64,000 nt of DNA from a bacterium (GTDB lineage Bacteria; UBP14; UBA6098; B30-G16). The notes under the pieces were generated by a model that was given only the letters and a program-made list of their open reading frames with translations, did not search any database and was not told the DNA's origin. Numbering within the stretch: the first letter of the stretch is position 1; each line of letters begins with the position of its first letter. The stretch spans positions 7,771 to 71,770 of the forward strand of contig JAUWMV010000001.1 in NCBI GenBank assembly GCA_030613005.1, read 5' to 3'. Both the position numbers and the translations under genes were made by a program. Shown here one piece after another: positions 1-8,578 of the stretch.

Positions 1-332
1 CGAGGGATGGTGAATTGCGCTTTTTAGAGAAAACACAGGGGATGGCTTTGGGAGTAATTGAAAATGTTAGATTTGAAACAAAGAAAACAACTTTAAGGAA
101 AAATGATTCGCTCTTCCTGTATACCGATGGTGTTAACGAAGCAATGGACATAAATTATAATGAATTTTCTATGGAAAGACTGACAAAAACCTTGAAACCT
201 TTATATAATGAGAGTCCTATAGAGATTATTAATAAGGTTATTGAAGAAATTAATACTTTTGCAGCAGGAGTTGACCAATCGGACGATATTACTATTTTAG
301 TTTTAAAATACTTTAAAGGGAGCCGAGATTAG
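1..332 (+). CDS. PP2C-family serine phosphatase (RsbU/SpoIIE-like), C-terminal part. The gene starts upstream of the window.
   Basis: The frame is open from base 1. The translation ...GMALGVIENVRFETKK...LFLYTDGVNEA...SDDITILVL matches the C-terminal end of PP2C/SpoIIE phosphatases. It abuts a downstream anti-sigma kinase. Confidence 0.7.
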   Translation, partial: RDGELRFLEKTQGMALGVIENVRFETKKTTLRKNDSLFLYTDGVNEAMDINYNEFSMERLTKTLKPLYNESPIEIINKVIEEINTFAAGVDQSDDITILVLKYFKGSRD

Positions 333-333
333 A

Positions 334-759
334 ATGGCTATTGTGCAAAAAATTGTATTGAAAAATAATATCTCTGAGATTGAAAGGCTTAGTAATGTTC
401 TTGAGAGCTTTGGAAAAGAAAATGATATTCCACAGAAAACTATTTTCTCTATTAATTTGGCTTTAGAGGAAATGATTTCAAACGTCATCTATTATGGCTA
501 TAAAGACTTTGAGGAGCATTTGATTGCTGTGTTACTATCATATGAGGATGACGAAATTAATATTACAATCGAGGACGATGGTTCGGAGTTTGATCCTACA
601 AAAGTTTCTGAGCCCAATAAAGATATTCCTGTTGAGGAAAGACAAATTGGGGGTTTAGGAATTCATCTTGCTCGGACTTTAATAGATGAAATGAAGTATA
701 AACGTGAAAATAAAAAGAATATTCTTATGCTGAGAAAAGTTATTCCTTCTCTATGTTAA
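334..759 (+). CDS. Anti-sigma regulatory factor / serine-protein kinase (RsbW/SpoIIAB-like, HATPase_c).
   Basis: 141 aa. N-box ALEEMISNVIYYG, G1 IEDDGSEFDP, G2 GGLGIHLARTL. A 2-nt gap from the phosphatase indicates translational coupling. Confidence 0.75.
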   Translation: MAIVQKIVLKNNISEIERLSNVLESFGKENDIPQKTIFSINLALEEMISNVIYYGYKDFEEHLIAVLLSYEDDEINITIEDDGSEFDPTKVSEPNKDIPVEERQIGGLGIHLARTLIDEMKYKRENKKNILMLRKVIPSLC

Positions 760-878
760 TTGTAACTTTTTGGTTATACACTTTTGAATTTTTTCTAATT
801 ATTACTAAAGAATAACGAATATTTGATTTGCAAATTCGCTTCTTGATAATGGAGACAATAAATAATAATTGCATAATA

Positions 879-887
879 TGATATAAT
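879..887 (+). promoter_or_regulatory. Extended -10 promoter element (TGaTATAAT) upstream of the STAS gene.
   Basis: TG at 879-880 and TATAAT at 882-887, followed by RBS AGGAGGA at 893-899 and a GTG start at 905. The -35 is weak. Confidence 0.3.
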
Positions 888-904
888 TATTTAGGAGGAA
901 AGTT

Positions 905-1240
905 GTGGAAATAAAAGAAAATAAAAAGGACGCTGTTCTTCTACTTGAACTTAAAGGACGACTGGACGCAAGCACATCACCTAAGTTTCAGAAGAAAATA
1001 CTGTCTGTTATTGAAGGTGGTGAAAAAAACTTAGTTATTGATTTCTCTGATTTGGATTATATAAGTAGTGCCGGTCTTAGGGTGCTTCTTTTAGGTGCTA
1101 AAAAGCTTCAATCTGTTGATGGTAAGATTGTTCTCGCATGTTTGGCTGATCATGTTAAAGAGGTTTTTGATATTGCAGGCTTTTCTGTAATATTCCCTTT
1201 CTACGATGCTACGGAAGATGCTATAAAGAGCTTTGAATAA
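905..1240 (+). CDS. Anti-sigma factor antagonist (STAS domain, RsbV/SpoIIAA-like).
   Basis: 111 aa. DFSDLDYISSAGLRVLL contains the conserved phosphorylatable Ser region of STAS antagonists. GTG start with a strong RBS. Confidence 0.8.
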   Translation: MEIKENKKDAVLLLELKGRLDASTSPKFQKKILSVIEGGEKNLVIDFSDLDYISSAGLRVLLLGAKKLQSVDGKIVLACLADHVKEVFDIAGFSVIFPFYDATEDAIKSFE

Positions 1241-1353
1241 TTAGAATCGATAACTAGAAATATTTGCACCGTAAAGAGTTCTCTTGCAAAATGATTTAAC
1301 TCTAAGACCTTTTTTTATCGAATCAACCAAATTTATCCCTTAAGGTTATCATT

Positions 1354-2829
1354 ATGGATATAAAAGACAAAGATGAAGGACAAATTGCCAGCATATCAGT
1401 TAAAGCTGCGACAGATTATCTTCCAGAAGTTACTAATTTCTTCAAAAAGATGTCTGTAAGATTAGGCTTGCGAGAAAAAGAATCCTCTAAATTAGAACTA
1501 ATGGTTGAGGAGGCATGTCTAAACACGATAAATTATTCCTTTGATCCAGGTGAAATCGGCGAATATAAGGTTATACTTATACGTAGACCGGGACAAATTG
1601 TTGTAGCGGTCGAGGACCAAGGGTTGCCTATCGATGTAAAAAAACTAGAAGCCAGTGATGAATCTGGCTTGAGCTTAATTCTGATGAGAGCATTGGCTGA
1701 CGAAGTGAATTTCTATAACCTTGGAAGGCAGGGGAAACGGGTGGAAATGATTAAAAATCTTCCGTTTAAAAATGCTGAACATTACGTTTCTGAGGAAGAT
1801 AAAATTAAAACCATCATTAAAGCCCCAGCTGATGAAAAGCTCGTTTTGAGAATGATTAAACCAGAGGATTCAATTAATCTTGCGAGATGTGTTTATAGAT
1901 CATACGGATACTCGTACGGTATCGATGATATATACTATCCAGATAAAATTCGCGAACTAATTAATAGTGGACTTATGCAGTCTGTTGTTGCAGTTAATCC
2001 TGAGGATGAAATTGCAGGGCATCTGGCTTTGATGTTGGACTCTGTGGATGCAAAGGTGGGAGAGAGTGGTCAGGCGGTTGTCGATCCGCGATATAGAGGA
2101 CGCGGATTATTTAAGGAAATGAAATTATTTCTCGTTGATAAGGCTAAAGATCGCAATATGTATGGTCTTTACAGCGAACCAGTTACTGTGCATCCATATA
2201 CTCAAAAAGGCAATATTACTCTGGGTGCTTATGAAACAGGTATGATGCTCGCTTATACACCCCAGAAAATGGTTTTTAAAGATATTGATTACGCTCAACG
2301 AAAACGTCATTCAGCATTGATTTTCTATTTAAGAGTGGGAAAGGAACCTAAGCGTGATGTATTTCCGCCGTTTCATCACAAGTCTATGATTAGCGCAATC
2401 TATGAACGCAGTGGCCTCCAAAGAGATATTAAAAGAGCAGGGCAAGTTGAGACTGATCTTAGTATTGCGTCTACCGCTAAAGTAGATGTGAAAGCTCAGG
2501 CATACGCTGGAAGAGCATTTATGAAAGTTGTTTCATATGGTTCCGACCTTGAGGATTTAGTTTTATATAGACTAGAGGAGTTATGTTTGAGGAAGATGGA
2601 TGTTATTTTCATCGATCTTCCTATGTCGCATCCAGCTACACAAAGATACTGCGCATCTCTGGAAATGATGGGTTTTTTCTTTTCGGGAATTATACCAGAA
2701 CTAGGTGATGGTGATCATTTAAGATTGCAGTACTTGAATAATGTAGATATAAGTTCCGAGAAACCAGCATTGTTTTCGGATTTCGCCAAAGACTTATATG
2801 CATATGTATTGAAAGCACATTACGGATAA
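1354..2829 (+). CDS. Multidomain protein: N-terminal RsbW-like HATPase kinase domain fused to a GNAT-type acetyltransferase fold, plus a ~190-aa C-terminal region of unknown function.
   Basis: Residues 1-135 carry an N-box (VEEACLNTINYSF), G1 (VAVEDQGLPID) and G2 (SGLSLILMRALADEV). Residues ~150-300 carry a GNAT-like acetyl-CoA motif (VVDPRYRGRGLFKEM), a beta-strand core (HLALMLD) and YGLYSEP. No motif was recognised in the C-terminal third. Confidence 0.6.
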   Translation: MDIKDKDEGQIASISVKAATDYLPEVTNFFKKMSVRLGLREKESSKLELMVEEACLNTINYSFDPGEIGEYKVILIRRPGQIVVAVEDQGLPIDVKKLEASDESGLSLILMRALADEVNFYNLGRQGKRVEMIKNLPFKNAEHYVSEEDKIKTIIKAPADEKLVLRMIKPEDSINLARCVYRSYGYSYGIDDIYYPDKIRELINSGLMQSVVAVNPEDEIAGHLALMLDSVDAKVGESGQAVVDPRYRGRGLFKEMKLFLVDKAKDRNMYGLYSEPVTVHPYTQKGNITLGAYETGMMLAYTPQKMVFKDIDYAQRKRHSALIFYLRVGKEPKRDVFPPFHHKSMISAIYERSGLQRDIKRAGQVETDLSIASTAKVDVKAQAYAGRAFMKVVSYGSDLEDLVLYRLEELCLRKMDVIFIDLPMSHPATQRYCASLEMMGFFFSGIIPELGDGDHLRLQYLNNVDISSEKPALFSDFAKDLYAYVLKAHYG

Positions 2830-2912
2830 AAACCTATTATCTTGGTATTAAGATATATTAATTGACAATTATACAGTTAAATAGAAGCCAAAATCAAACA
2901 AATGGGGTAAAG

Positions 2913-3722
2913 ATGAATAATAGAAAATTATTATTGTTAGCTCTATTCTTAATGATAATTCTATTTATTACTAACGGTTGTAGCAAAAGCTCAATTCCTA
3001 TTGAAAATGTAATTGCAAATCCTACTAAATTTAGTGGCAAAAGGGGAAAATACAAAGTTACATTCGATTCTGTCGCTGTGAAACCTGCTAACATGCCAAA
3101 TAAGCTATCGGTTGTTTGTTACAATAAACAGAGGAATGTGCAAGGATTTCTCACAATCGATATAAATAATCGAGATATTGATAAGTTAATAGATGTAATC
3201 TCGAATAAGCTGGAAAATATTATTGGTAAAGAGTTTGTCTACGATGCAAAACCACTTTCTTCCACAACTAAACCGGGATTTATTGTATTGTTTATTTATG
3301 AAATTGAAGGATTTCAATTCCCATTATCTGTTGAAAATAAGATTACAAAGGATATAATAGACGATTATAAAAAACCGATGGTTGGCGCAAGGTTAGCTTG
3401 CGCGAAGTCGATGCTCAGTCAAATTTATAAATCTTCTACCATGTATTTTGTAGAAAAAGGGGAATACCCTCCCGTAACCGAGGATTTGTTGGACAACATT
3501 CCTAAGGACTTGAATCTTATGCCACCGGGTGGGATTAGATATTTTGAGTATTCGATCACAAAAGGTGGGAACGATAGGTTTGCTGCTCAAGCGGTGCCAT
3601 TTGCTTCAGGACGTGCAAAACCTAATGACAACCGTGAGAAAGAAGACGAGATTTTAAGAGAGATCACAATTTTAAGAATTAACGAACAAGGAGTGATGAC
3701 TGGCGGGAAATATATTAATTAG
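2913..3722 (+). CDS. Lipoprotein with a pseudopilin (GspG/type IV pilin)-like globular C-terminal domain. An alternative upstream start exists at 2862.
   Basis: Signal peptide plus lipobox (LLLLALFLMIILFITNG-C-SKSS). The C-terminal half (ARLACAKSMLSQIYKSSTMYFVEKGEYPPVTEDLLDNIPKDLNLMPPGGIRYFEYSITKGGNDRFAAQAVPFASGR) resembles the pseudopilin globular domain (…Y…G.YP…EGL..L…P.GW.Y.Y…F.L.S.GADG). There is no class III prepilin leader. Confidence 0.45.
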   Translation: MNNRKLLLLALFLMIILFITNGCSKSSIPIENVIANPTKFSGKRGKYKVTFDSVAVKPANMPNKLSVVCYNKQRNVQGFLTIDINNRDIDKLIDVISNKLENIIGKEFVYDAKPLSSTTKPGFIVLFIYEIEGFQFPLSVENKITKDIIDDYKKPMVGARLACAKSMLSQIYKSSTMYFVEKGEYPPVTEDLLDNIPKDLNLMPPGGIRYFEYSITKGGNDRFAAQAVPFASGRAKPNDNREKEDEILREITILRINEQGVMTGGKYIN

Positions 3723-3758
3723 TATCGATGAATCACGATACAAAAAGCTACTTAATTA

Positions 3759-4274
3759 TTATACTAATTCTCTTAAAGGATTTTCTATTTCATAGGCTTT
3801 TGGAGCTATCGCTCGGATTTCCATTGCCAATTCTTTCGGGGTTGTAACCCATACAACTGAAGTCTTGTCCTTGAATTTTACACACCGAATTACTCGATCC
3901 TTTGCAACTATTTCACCTCGACGATTTAATAATGATACAGTTTCTCCTTTTTCAGGAAGTGGAACAAATTCGTGAGGAAGCTTTAAAAGAGCACTATTAT
4001 CACAATATGAAAGGTCGACAACAAAAATTGCAATCCCAGGACATAATGCGACACAATTGCCGCATCCATTACATAGTTCGAAATCGATCTGAGGTAATGC
4101 ATTAATGTTTTCAAAAGGTAAAATCGCGCCAAAACTACACGATACATAACATGGATCGCAAGGTATTTCCTGAAAGCATTCGATAATTGCCACTGGTCCA
4201 GAAATTAATCTCTGTTTATTAGGTGTAAATTGTTTGATTTCCTCTAGTTCAGGTACGCCATCTTTCCACAGCAT
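3759..4274 (-). CDS. Small 4Fe-4S cluster-binding (ferredoxin-domain) protein.
   Basis: 171 aa. Canonical CNGCGNCVALCP motif plus a second Cys cluster CDPCYVSC. A 1-nt gap from the upstream aminotransferase indicates coupling. Confidence 0.6.
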   Translation of the reverse strand: MLWKDGVPELEEIKQFTPNKQRLISGPVAIIECFQEIPCDPCYVSCSFGAILPFENINALPQIDFELCNGCGNCVALCPGIAIFVVDLSYCDNSALLKLPHEFVPLPEKGETVSLLNRRGEIVAKDRVIRCVKFKDKTSVVWVTTPKELAMEIRAIAPKAYEIENPLRELV

Positions 4275-4275
4275 T

Positions 4276-5448
4276 TCAAAATTCTCTTTCTATTGTTTTT
4301 TTAATTCGAGTAAACGCTTCAGCGATTCTGTCCTTGGATTCGGCGATTGATATTCTCAGGAATCCCGGTGCTCCAAAAGCTTCTCCCGGTACAGTTGCAA
4401 CAAGGGCTTTTTCTAAAAGTAGTTTGGAAAAAATTAATGAGGTAGGAACTTTGTTGTTAAGTAAACCTTTTATGTCGCAGAAAATGTAAAAAGCACCTTT
4501 TGGTGAAAAAGGTTTAATCTCTGGTATATCTTTTAAGAGGTTTAATGTGAAATCTCTACGCTCTTTTATAATCGGTCCTAATTGATTACAGAAGAAATCG
4601 CAATGGGATAGTGCGGCTATAGTTGCGTATTGTGAAATCGTGCACGGATTTGAGGTTTCATGAGCTTGTATTCTTCCCATTGCTGCTACAATGTCGGGAT
4701 CTCCAATTGCCCAGCCAATCCGCCAGCCTGTCATCGCATACGTTTTAGAAACTCCACTTATTATTATTGCCTTTTTGAATATTTCACTACCAAAGCTTAG
4801 TAAAGAGTAATGCTCTCCTTCAAATACGAGTTCTTCATATATTTCATCGGATATTATTGCAATCTTTTCAGGGAGAAAATTAACAATATTTTCAAGTTCC
4901 AATCTTGAATAGATTGAGCCAGTGGGATTTGAGGGAGAATTGAGCATAATGGCTGTCGTTTTATCAGTGATGTATTTGCTTATGACATCTGGATTAACCT
5001 TAAATTCGTCTGACATTTTTGAAGGAACGAGTATAATTTTACCTCTTGCTAATTTAATCATTTCAGGATAGCTAACCCAATATGGAGTTGGAACCAATAC
5101 ATCATCACCCGGCTCGATGACTGTTAAAAGTGCGTTTAAAAGTGATTGTTTTGCTCCTGCAGAGACGATGATATTGTTCCTTGAAATTGGAGTGCCATAC
5201 ATATCTGTATATTTTTGTGCCAAAACTTCTTTAAGCTCAGGCATACCTGATGCGGCAGTGTATTTTATTTTTCCCGCTCTCATGGCTTCTTCAGCGGCAA
5301 TAATAACTTCTTTAGGTGGCTTGAAATCTAGTTCTCCAGATGAGAGTGAAATAACATCGAGACCCTTCTTACGCATTTCTGCAGCCTTTGCAGTTAGAGA
5401 TAAAGTCATACTCGGGAAAATTTTTTCTGCTAATGATGATATTCTCAT
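4276..5448 (-). CDS. Pyridoxal-phosphate-dependent aminotransferase, class I/II (aspartate/aromatic aminotransferase-like).
   Basis: 390 aa. NPTG motif (NSPSNPTGSIY) and a Lys-containing PLP site (SGVSKTYAMTGWRIGW). Typical length. Confidence 0.85.
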   Translation of the reverse strand: MRISSLAEKIFPSMTLSLTAKAAEMRKKGLDVISLSSGELDFKPPKEVIIAAEEAMRAGKIKYTAASGMPELKEVLAQKYTDMYGTPISRNNIIVSAGAKQSLLNALLTVIEPGDDVLVPTPYWVSYPEMIKLARGKIILVPSKMSDEFKVNPDVISKYITDKTTAIMLNSPSNPTGSIYSRLELENIVNFLPEKIAIISDEIYEELVFEGEHYSLLSFGSEIFKKAIIISGVSKTYAMTGWRIGWAIGDPDIVAAMGRIQAHETSNPCTISQYATIAALSHCDFFCNQLGPIIKERRDFTLNLLKDIPEIKPFSPKGAFYIFCDIKGLLNNKVPTSLIFSKLLLEKALVATVPGEAFGAPGFLRISIAESKDRIAEAFTRIKKTIEREF

Positions 5449-5460
5449 TAATTACCTCGT

Positions 5461-6144
5461 CTATTTTATATCAACAATTTTTCCATCTTTCAAGAATACT
5501 TTTTTATTGGCATGCTCAGCAATTGTCTGATCATGCGTAACTAATAAAATTGTTCGTCCTTGGGCGTTTAGGTTGTCTATTACAGTCAGTATCTCGTTAC
5601 CGGTTTTAGAATCGAGATTACCTGTTGGCTCATCTGCTAAGATTATATTAGGATCGTTTACAAGAGCTCTTGCAATAGCCACTCTTTGACGTTCGCCTCC
5701 GGATAGTTCGGTGGGTTTATGGTTCATTCGATCTTTTAAGTTTACATTATCCAAAACCTCTGCAGCTCTACTCAATCTTTTTTTTCTTGGAATCCCTGAA
5801 TAAATCAGCGGAAGTTGAACATTTTCTATTGCTGATTCTCTTGGCAAAAGATTAAAAGTCTGAAAAATGAAACCGACTTGCCTGTTCCTTATATAAGCTA
5901 GTTCCTTCTCCGAAAGTCCTATCGTATCCTGATTGTTGAAAATATACTGTCCATCGTCGGGAACATCTAAAAAACCTATTATATTCATAAGGGTAGACTT
6001 TCCTGAACCTGAAGGTCCCATTATAGCGAGATATTCTCCGCTCTCGATTGTTAAGCTAATGTCGTCCAGAGCGTTGATAAATATGTCGCCCATTTTATAT
6101 CTTTTACTGATATTTACAAGTTCTAATAGAGACATAGAACCCAA
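5461..6144 (-). CDS. ABC transporter ATP-binding protein (LolD/MacB/FtsE-like). No adjacent permease gene.
   Basis: Walker A GPSGSGKST, signature LSGGERQRVAIARAL, Walker B ILLADEPT. 227 aa. Confidence 0.85.
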   Translation of the reverse strand: MGSMSLLELVNISKRYKMGDIFINALDDISLTIESGEYLAIMGPSGSGKSTLMNIIGFLDVPDDGQYIFNNQDTIGLSEKELAYIRNRQVGFIFQTFNLLPRESAIENVQLPLIYSGIPRKKRLSRAAEVLDNVNLKDRMNHKPTELSGGERQRVAIARALVNDPNIILADEPTGNLDSKTGNEILTVIDNLNAQGRTILLVTHDQTIAEHANKKVFLKDGKIVDIK

Positions 6145-6214
6145 ATTTTATCTTTACATTGCATATTTGCAAGTTAATTTTCATTTTAATTTAAGTTGAT
6201 GTAAGGAGGTAAGG

Positions 6215-6946
6215 ATGAATAGGTTTATGGCTGATTTGACATATCAAGATTTCAAGTCGCTTGTCCCATCTGAAATTGATACTGTAATACTCCCTGTTGG
6301 AACAATTGAAGCTCATAGCTGCACAAACCTTGGAACCGATGTTACAATCCCAGATTTTATCGCTAAGAATCTTGCTCCGGAAATTCAAGCTCTAATTGCG
6401 CCTTCAATATCGTATGGTATTACTAGAACTCTCCGAGCTTTTCCAGGTTCTATGACAGTTTCACCAAAATCCTTTGAGGTATATGTGGGTGATGTTCTTA
6501 TAGGTTTATTTAAGACAGGATTCAAGAAAGCTATTATTATCAACGGTCATGGAGGTCATTATAATGAATTAAAGGATATAGCGCTAAGGGCTTGGGAATT
6601 GACATCTGGGTATACAATTATTATTCATTGGTGGCATTTGGTAGAATCTTTGACAAGGGAGTTTTTTGGTGAATCTGGTGGTCACGGTGGTATTGACGAG
6701 ACAGCTATGGTTCTCGCGGCTGACCACAATCTTGTTAGACCTAAGCAATGCGAAGATATTCAACCTTATCTTGTTCGACCGGGAACCTATGTATTTCCTA
6801 TTGCTGCACCGTTATTGTTGTATAAAGAAGGTGAAGGTCTTCCCAAATTTGACGAAGAACTTGCAAAAACATATGCGAATAAAGTAATAGATTTCATTAT
6901 CAATTATGTGAGAGATGTTTTCCAAGCATGGAAGAAAAATTTCTGA
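6215..6946 (+). CDS. Creatininase-family amidohydrolase (creatinine amidohydrolase / MftE-like).
   Basis: LPVGTIEAHS and IINGHGGH motifs. 243 aa. Confidence 0.7.
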   Translation: MNRFMADLTYQDFKSLVPSEIDTVILPVGTIEAHSCTNLGTDVTIPDFIAKNLAPEIQALIAPSISYGITRTLRAFPGSMTVSPKSFEVYVGDVLIGLFKTGFKKAIIINGHGGHYNELKDIALRAWELTSGYTIIIHWWHLVESLTREFFGESGGHGGIDETAMVLAADHNLVRPKQCEDIQPYLVRPGTYVFPIAAPLLLYKEGEGLPKFDEELAKTYANKVIDFIINYVRDVFQAWKKNF

Positions 6947-6951
6947 TCTGC

Positions 6952-7449
6952 TTACAAAAAGCGTTCATCGGATAGTTTCGTTTCTGCAAAACTCAGTTTA
7001 TTGCTCAACCATCCGACTCTTATCTCTTCTGCTGCAATAGATTCTGGAATATAAGGTTTGATATCTAAAAGAGGTGTGCCATCTACGATATCGATATTCT
7101 CAATATAGATTATGTTTTTCTCAATTTTAATGTTTTTAACAATTGATAGACCGATCCCGTTTGGTCTCCTGGGTGCTCGTGTAGCGAATACACCAGTAGC
7201 GAATACACCATGCTGCACATCATCTACAAAAGGTATAACTTTTAAGGAATATCCTTTTGAAAGGTGAAAATGAAAAAGGAGTATCAAGTGTGAGAATCCA
7301 TCGAGGTCTATAAGTCCATCTATATATTCAGGAAAAACTTCCACAGTTGCTTTGATACCTTTTCCACTTTTTGGTTGTATAGGTATCCCTTTGGGGTCTT
7401 TAAAAGGTGTATGAATTATACCGATAGGATTGAGAATAATTTTTTCCAT
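6952..7449 (-). CDS. tsaA: tRNA (adenine37-N6)-methyltransferase TrmO/TsaA (YaeB family).
   Basis: 165 aa. GFSHLILLFHFH…ATRAPRRPNGIGLSIV is the TsaA-like beta-barrel signature. Confidence 0.75.
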   Translation of the reverse strand: MEKIILNPIGIIHTPFKDPKGIPIQPKSGKGIKATVEVFPEYIDGLIDLDGFSHLILLFHFHLSKGYSLKVIPFVDDVQHGVFATGVFATRAPRRPNGIGLSIVKNIKIEKNIIYIENIDIVDGTPLLDIKPYIPESIAAEEIRVGWLSNKLSFAETKLSDERFL

Positions 7450-7506
7450 ATACTAATCCCTATTTGAAATCAAAATAGTCTATGTAAAAAATAGTAGAAT
7501 AAAAAG

Positions 7507-8049
7507 TCACTGATTTCTGGGTTTCGAAAATCTTTTTTCAAATTCTGCAGTGTAAGTTTTATATAATCCTTCGTTTCTAAGCACAATTTTCACTTCTAAA
7601 ATCTTTTTCGAATCGAGGAGAAATTCAATTATGCTTTCCACCATCGTTTGGGCTGCATCATGAGCGGGAAATTTGCCAACTCCAGTTCCAAATGCTGGTA
7701 TTGCTATTGATTCGATATTAATTTCTTCAGCCTTAATAAGAAGATTTTTTGTTGATAGTGCAATTGATTCTTTTGTACATTTTAGTTCCTGTCCCATAAT
7801 TACTACATGAAGAATTTTATCAAACGGAAGTTGTCCGGCGGATGTAACCACAACATCACCAATTTTTTTTTGTCCTTGCTTCATAGCTTCTGTCTCGATT
7901 TCATCCCCGCCTTTTTTTCTTATTGTCTCCGCTATTCGACCACCCATCCAAAGTCTATCATTGGCGGATATGGCAATTGCATCGACATCTTGCTCTGTAA
8001 TATCTCCAAGAATAATTCGAACTTTCGCTTTGTTTATTCGAAGTTCCAT
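7507..8049 (-). CDS. Macro-domain protein (ADP-ribose / O-acetyl-ADP-ribose processing).
   Basis: ILGDITEQDVDAIAISANDRL…AIPAFGTGVGKFPA is typical of the macro domain. 180 aa. Confidence 0.75.
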   Translation of the reverse strand: MELRINKAKVRIILGDITEQDVDAIAISANDRLWMGGRIAETIRKKGGDEIETEAMKQGQKKIGDVVVTSAGQLPFDKILHVVIMGQELKCTKESIALSTKNLLIKAEEINIESIAIPAFGTGVGKFPAHDAAQTMVESIIEFLLDSKKILEVKIVLRNEGLYKTYTAEFEKRFSKPRNQ

Positions 8050-8078
8050 AAACTCTCCTATAAAAATTCTATGAAAAA

Positions 8079-8570
8079 TTACTCATCTTTGATTATAATT
8101 CTGGTTCTGACCACCAAGGATTCTGAATATCCATATACTCTAATTTCTGTTCTCAATGCCTCGGCTTCTTCAGTATCAATAATATTCCCGATTCTTACTT
8201 TATAATAAGGTGGATCGAATTCAACATAAACATTTTCATCGAGTTTGTTTCGAGCATTTTCAGCGATTCTCTCGGCTTCGTCCTTTTCAAATGACGAAAA
8301 TATTTGTACTCTAAATCCCCATGTTTCCTTTTCACCTGACGGTTGTCTTATTACCTCATGCCCGAGGATTTCTGAATATGAATCTTTATTTTTGTTCTTT
8401 TTGGGTGGAGATTTTGGTTCTACGACAGATTCTGGCATTTCTTTTTCAGCAATAGGCATCGTATATCTGGTTTTATTGGTATTTATTCTGTTTTGATGTG
8501 AAACAGTACAACCTGGAATAAGAATTACTAGTGTAACTATTAATAAAAGAGTTAAGATTTTCTTGCTCAT
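8079..8570 (-). CDS. SPOR-domain lipoprotein (septal peptidoglycan binding).
   Basis: Lipobox LILIPGCT. The C-terminal WGFRVQIFSSFEKDEAERIAENARNKL…YYKVRIG has the SPOR fold pattern. Confidence 0.6.
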   Translation of the reverse strand: MSKKILTLLLIVTLVILIPGCTVSHQNRINTNKTRYTMPIAEKEMPESVVEPKSPPKKNKNKDSYSEILGHEVIRQPSGEKETWGFRVQIFSSFEKDEAERIAENARNKLDENVYVEFDPPYYKVRIGNIIDTEEAEALRTEIRVYGYSESLVVRTRIIIKDE

Positions 8571-8578
8571 GTTTAATC

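Noticed and set aside
5117-5530. 137-aa ORF on the plus strand.
   Set aside because: It lies entirely antisense within the well-supported aminotransferase gene (4276..5448). It has low-complexity composition and no RBS.
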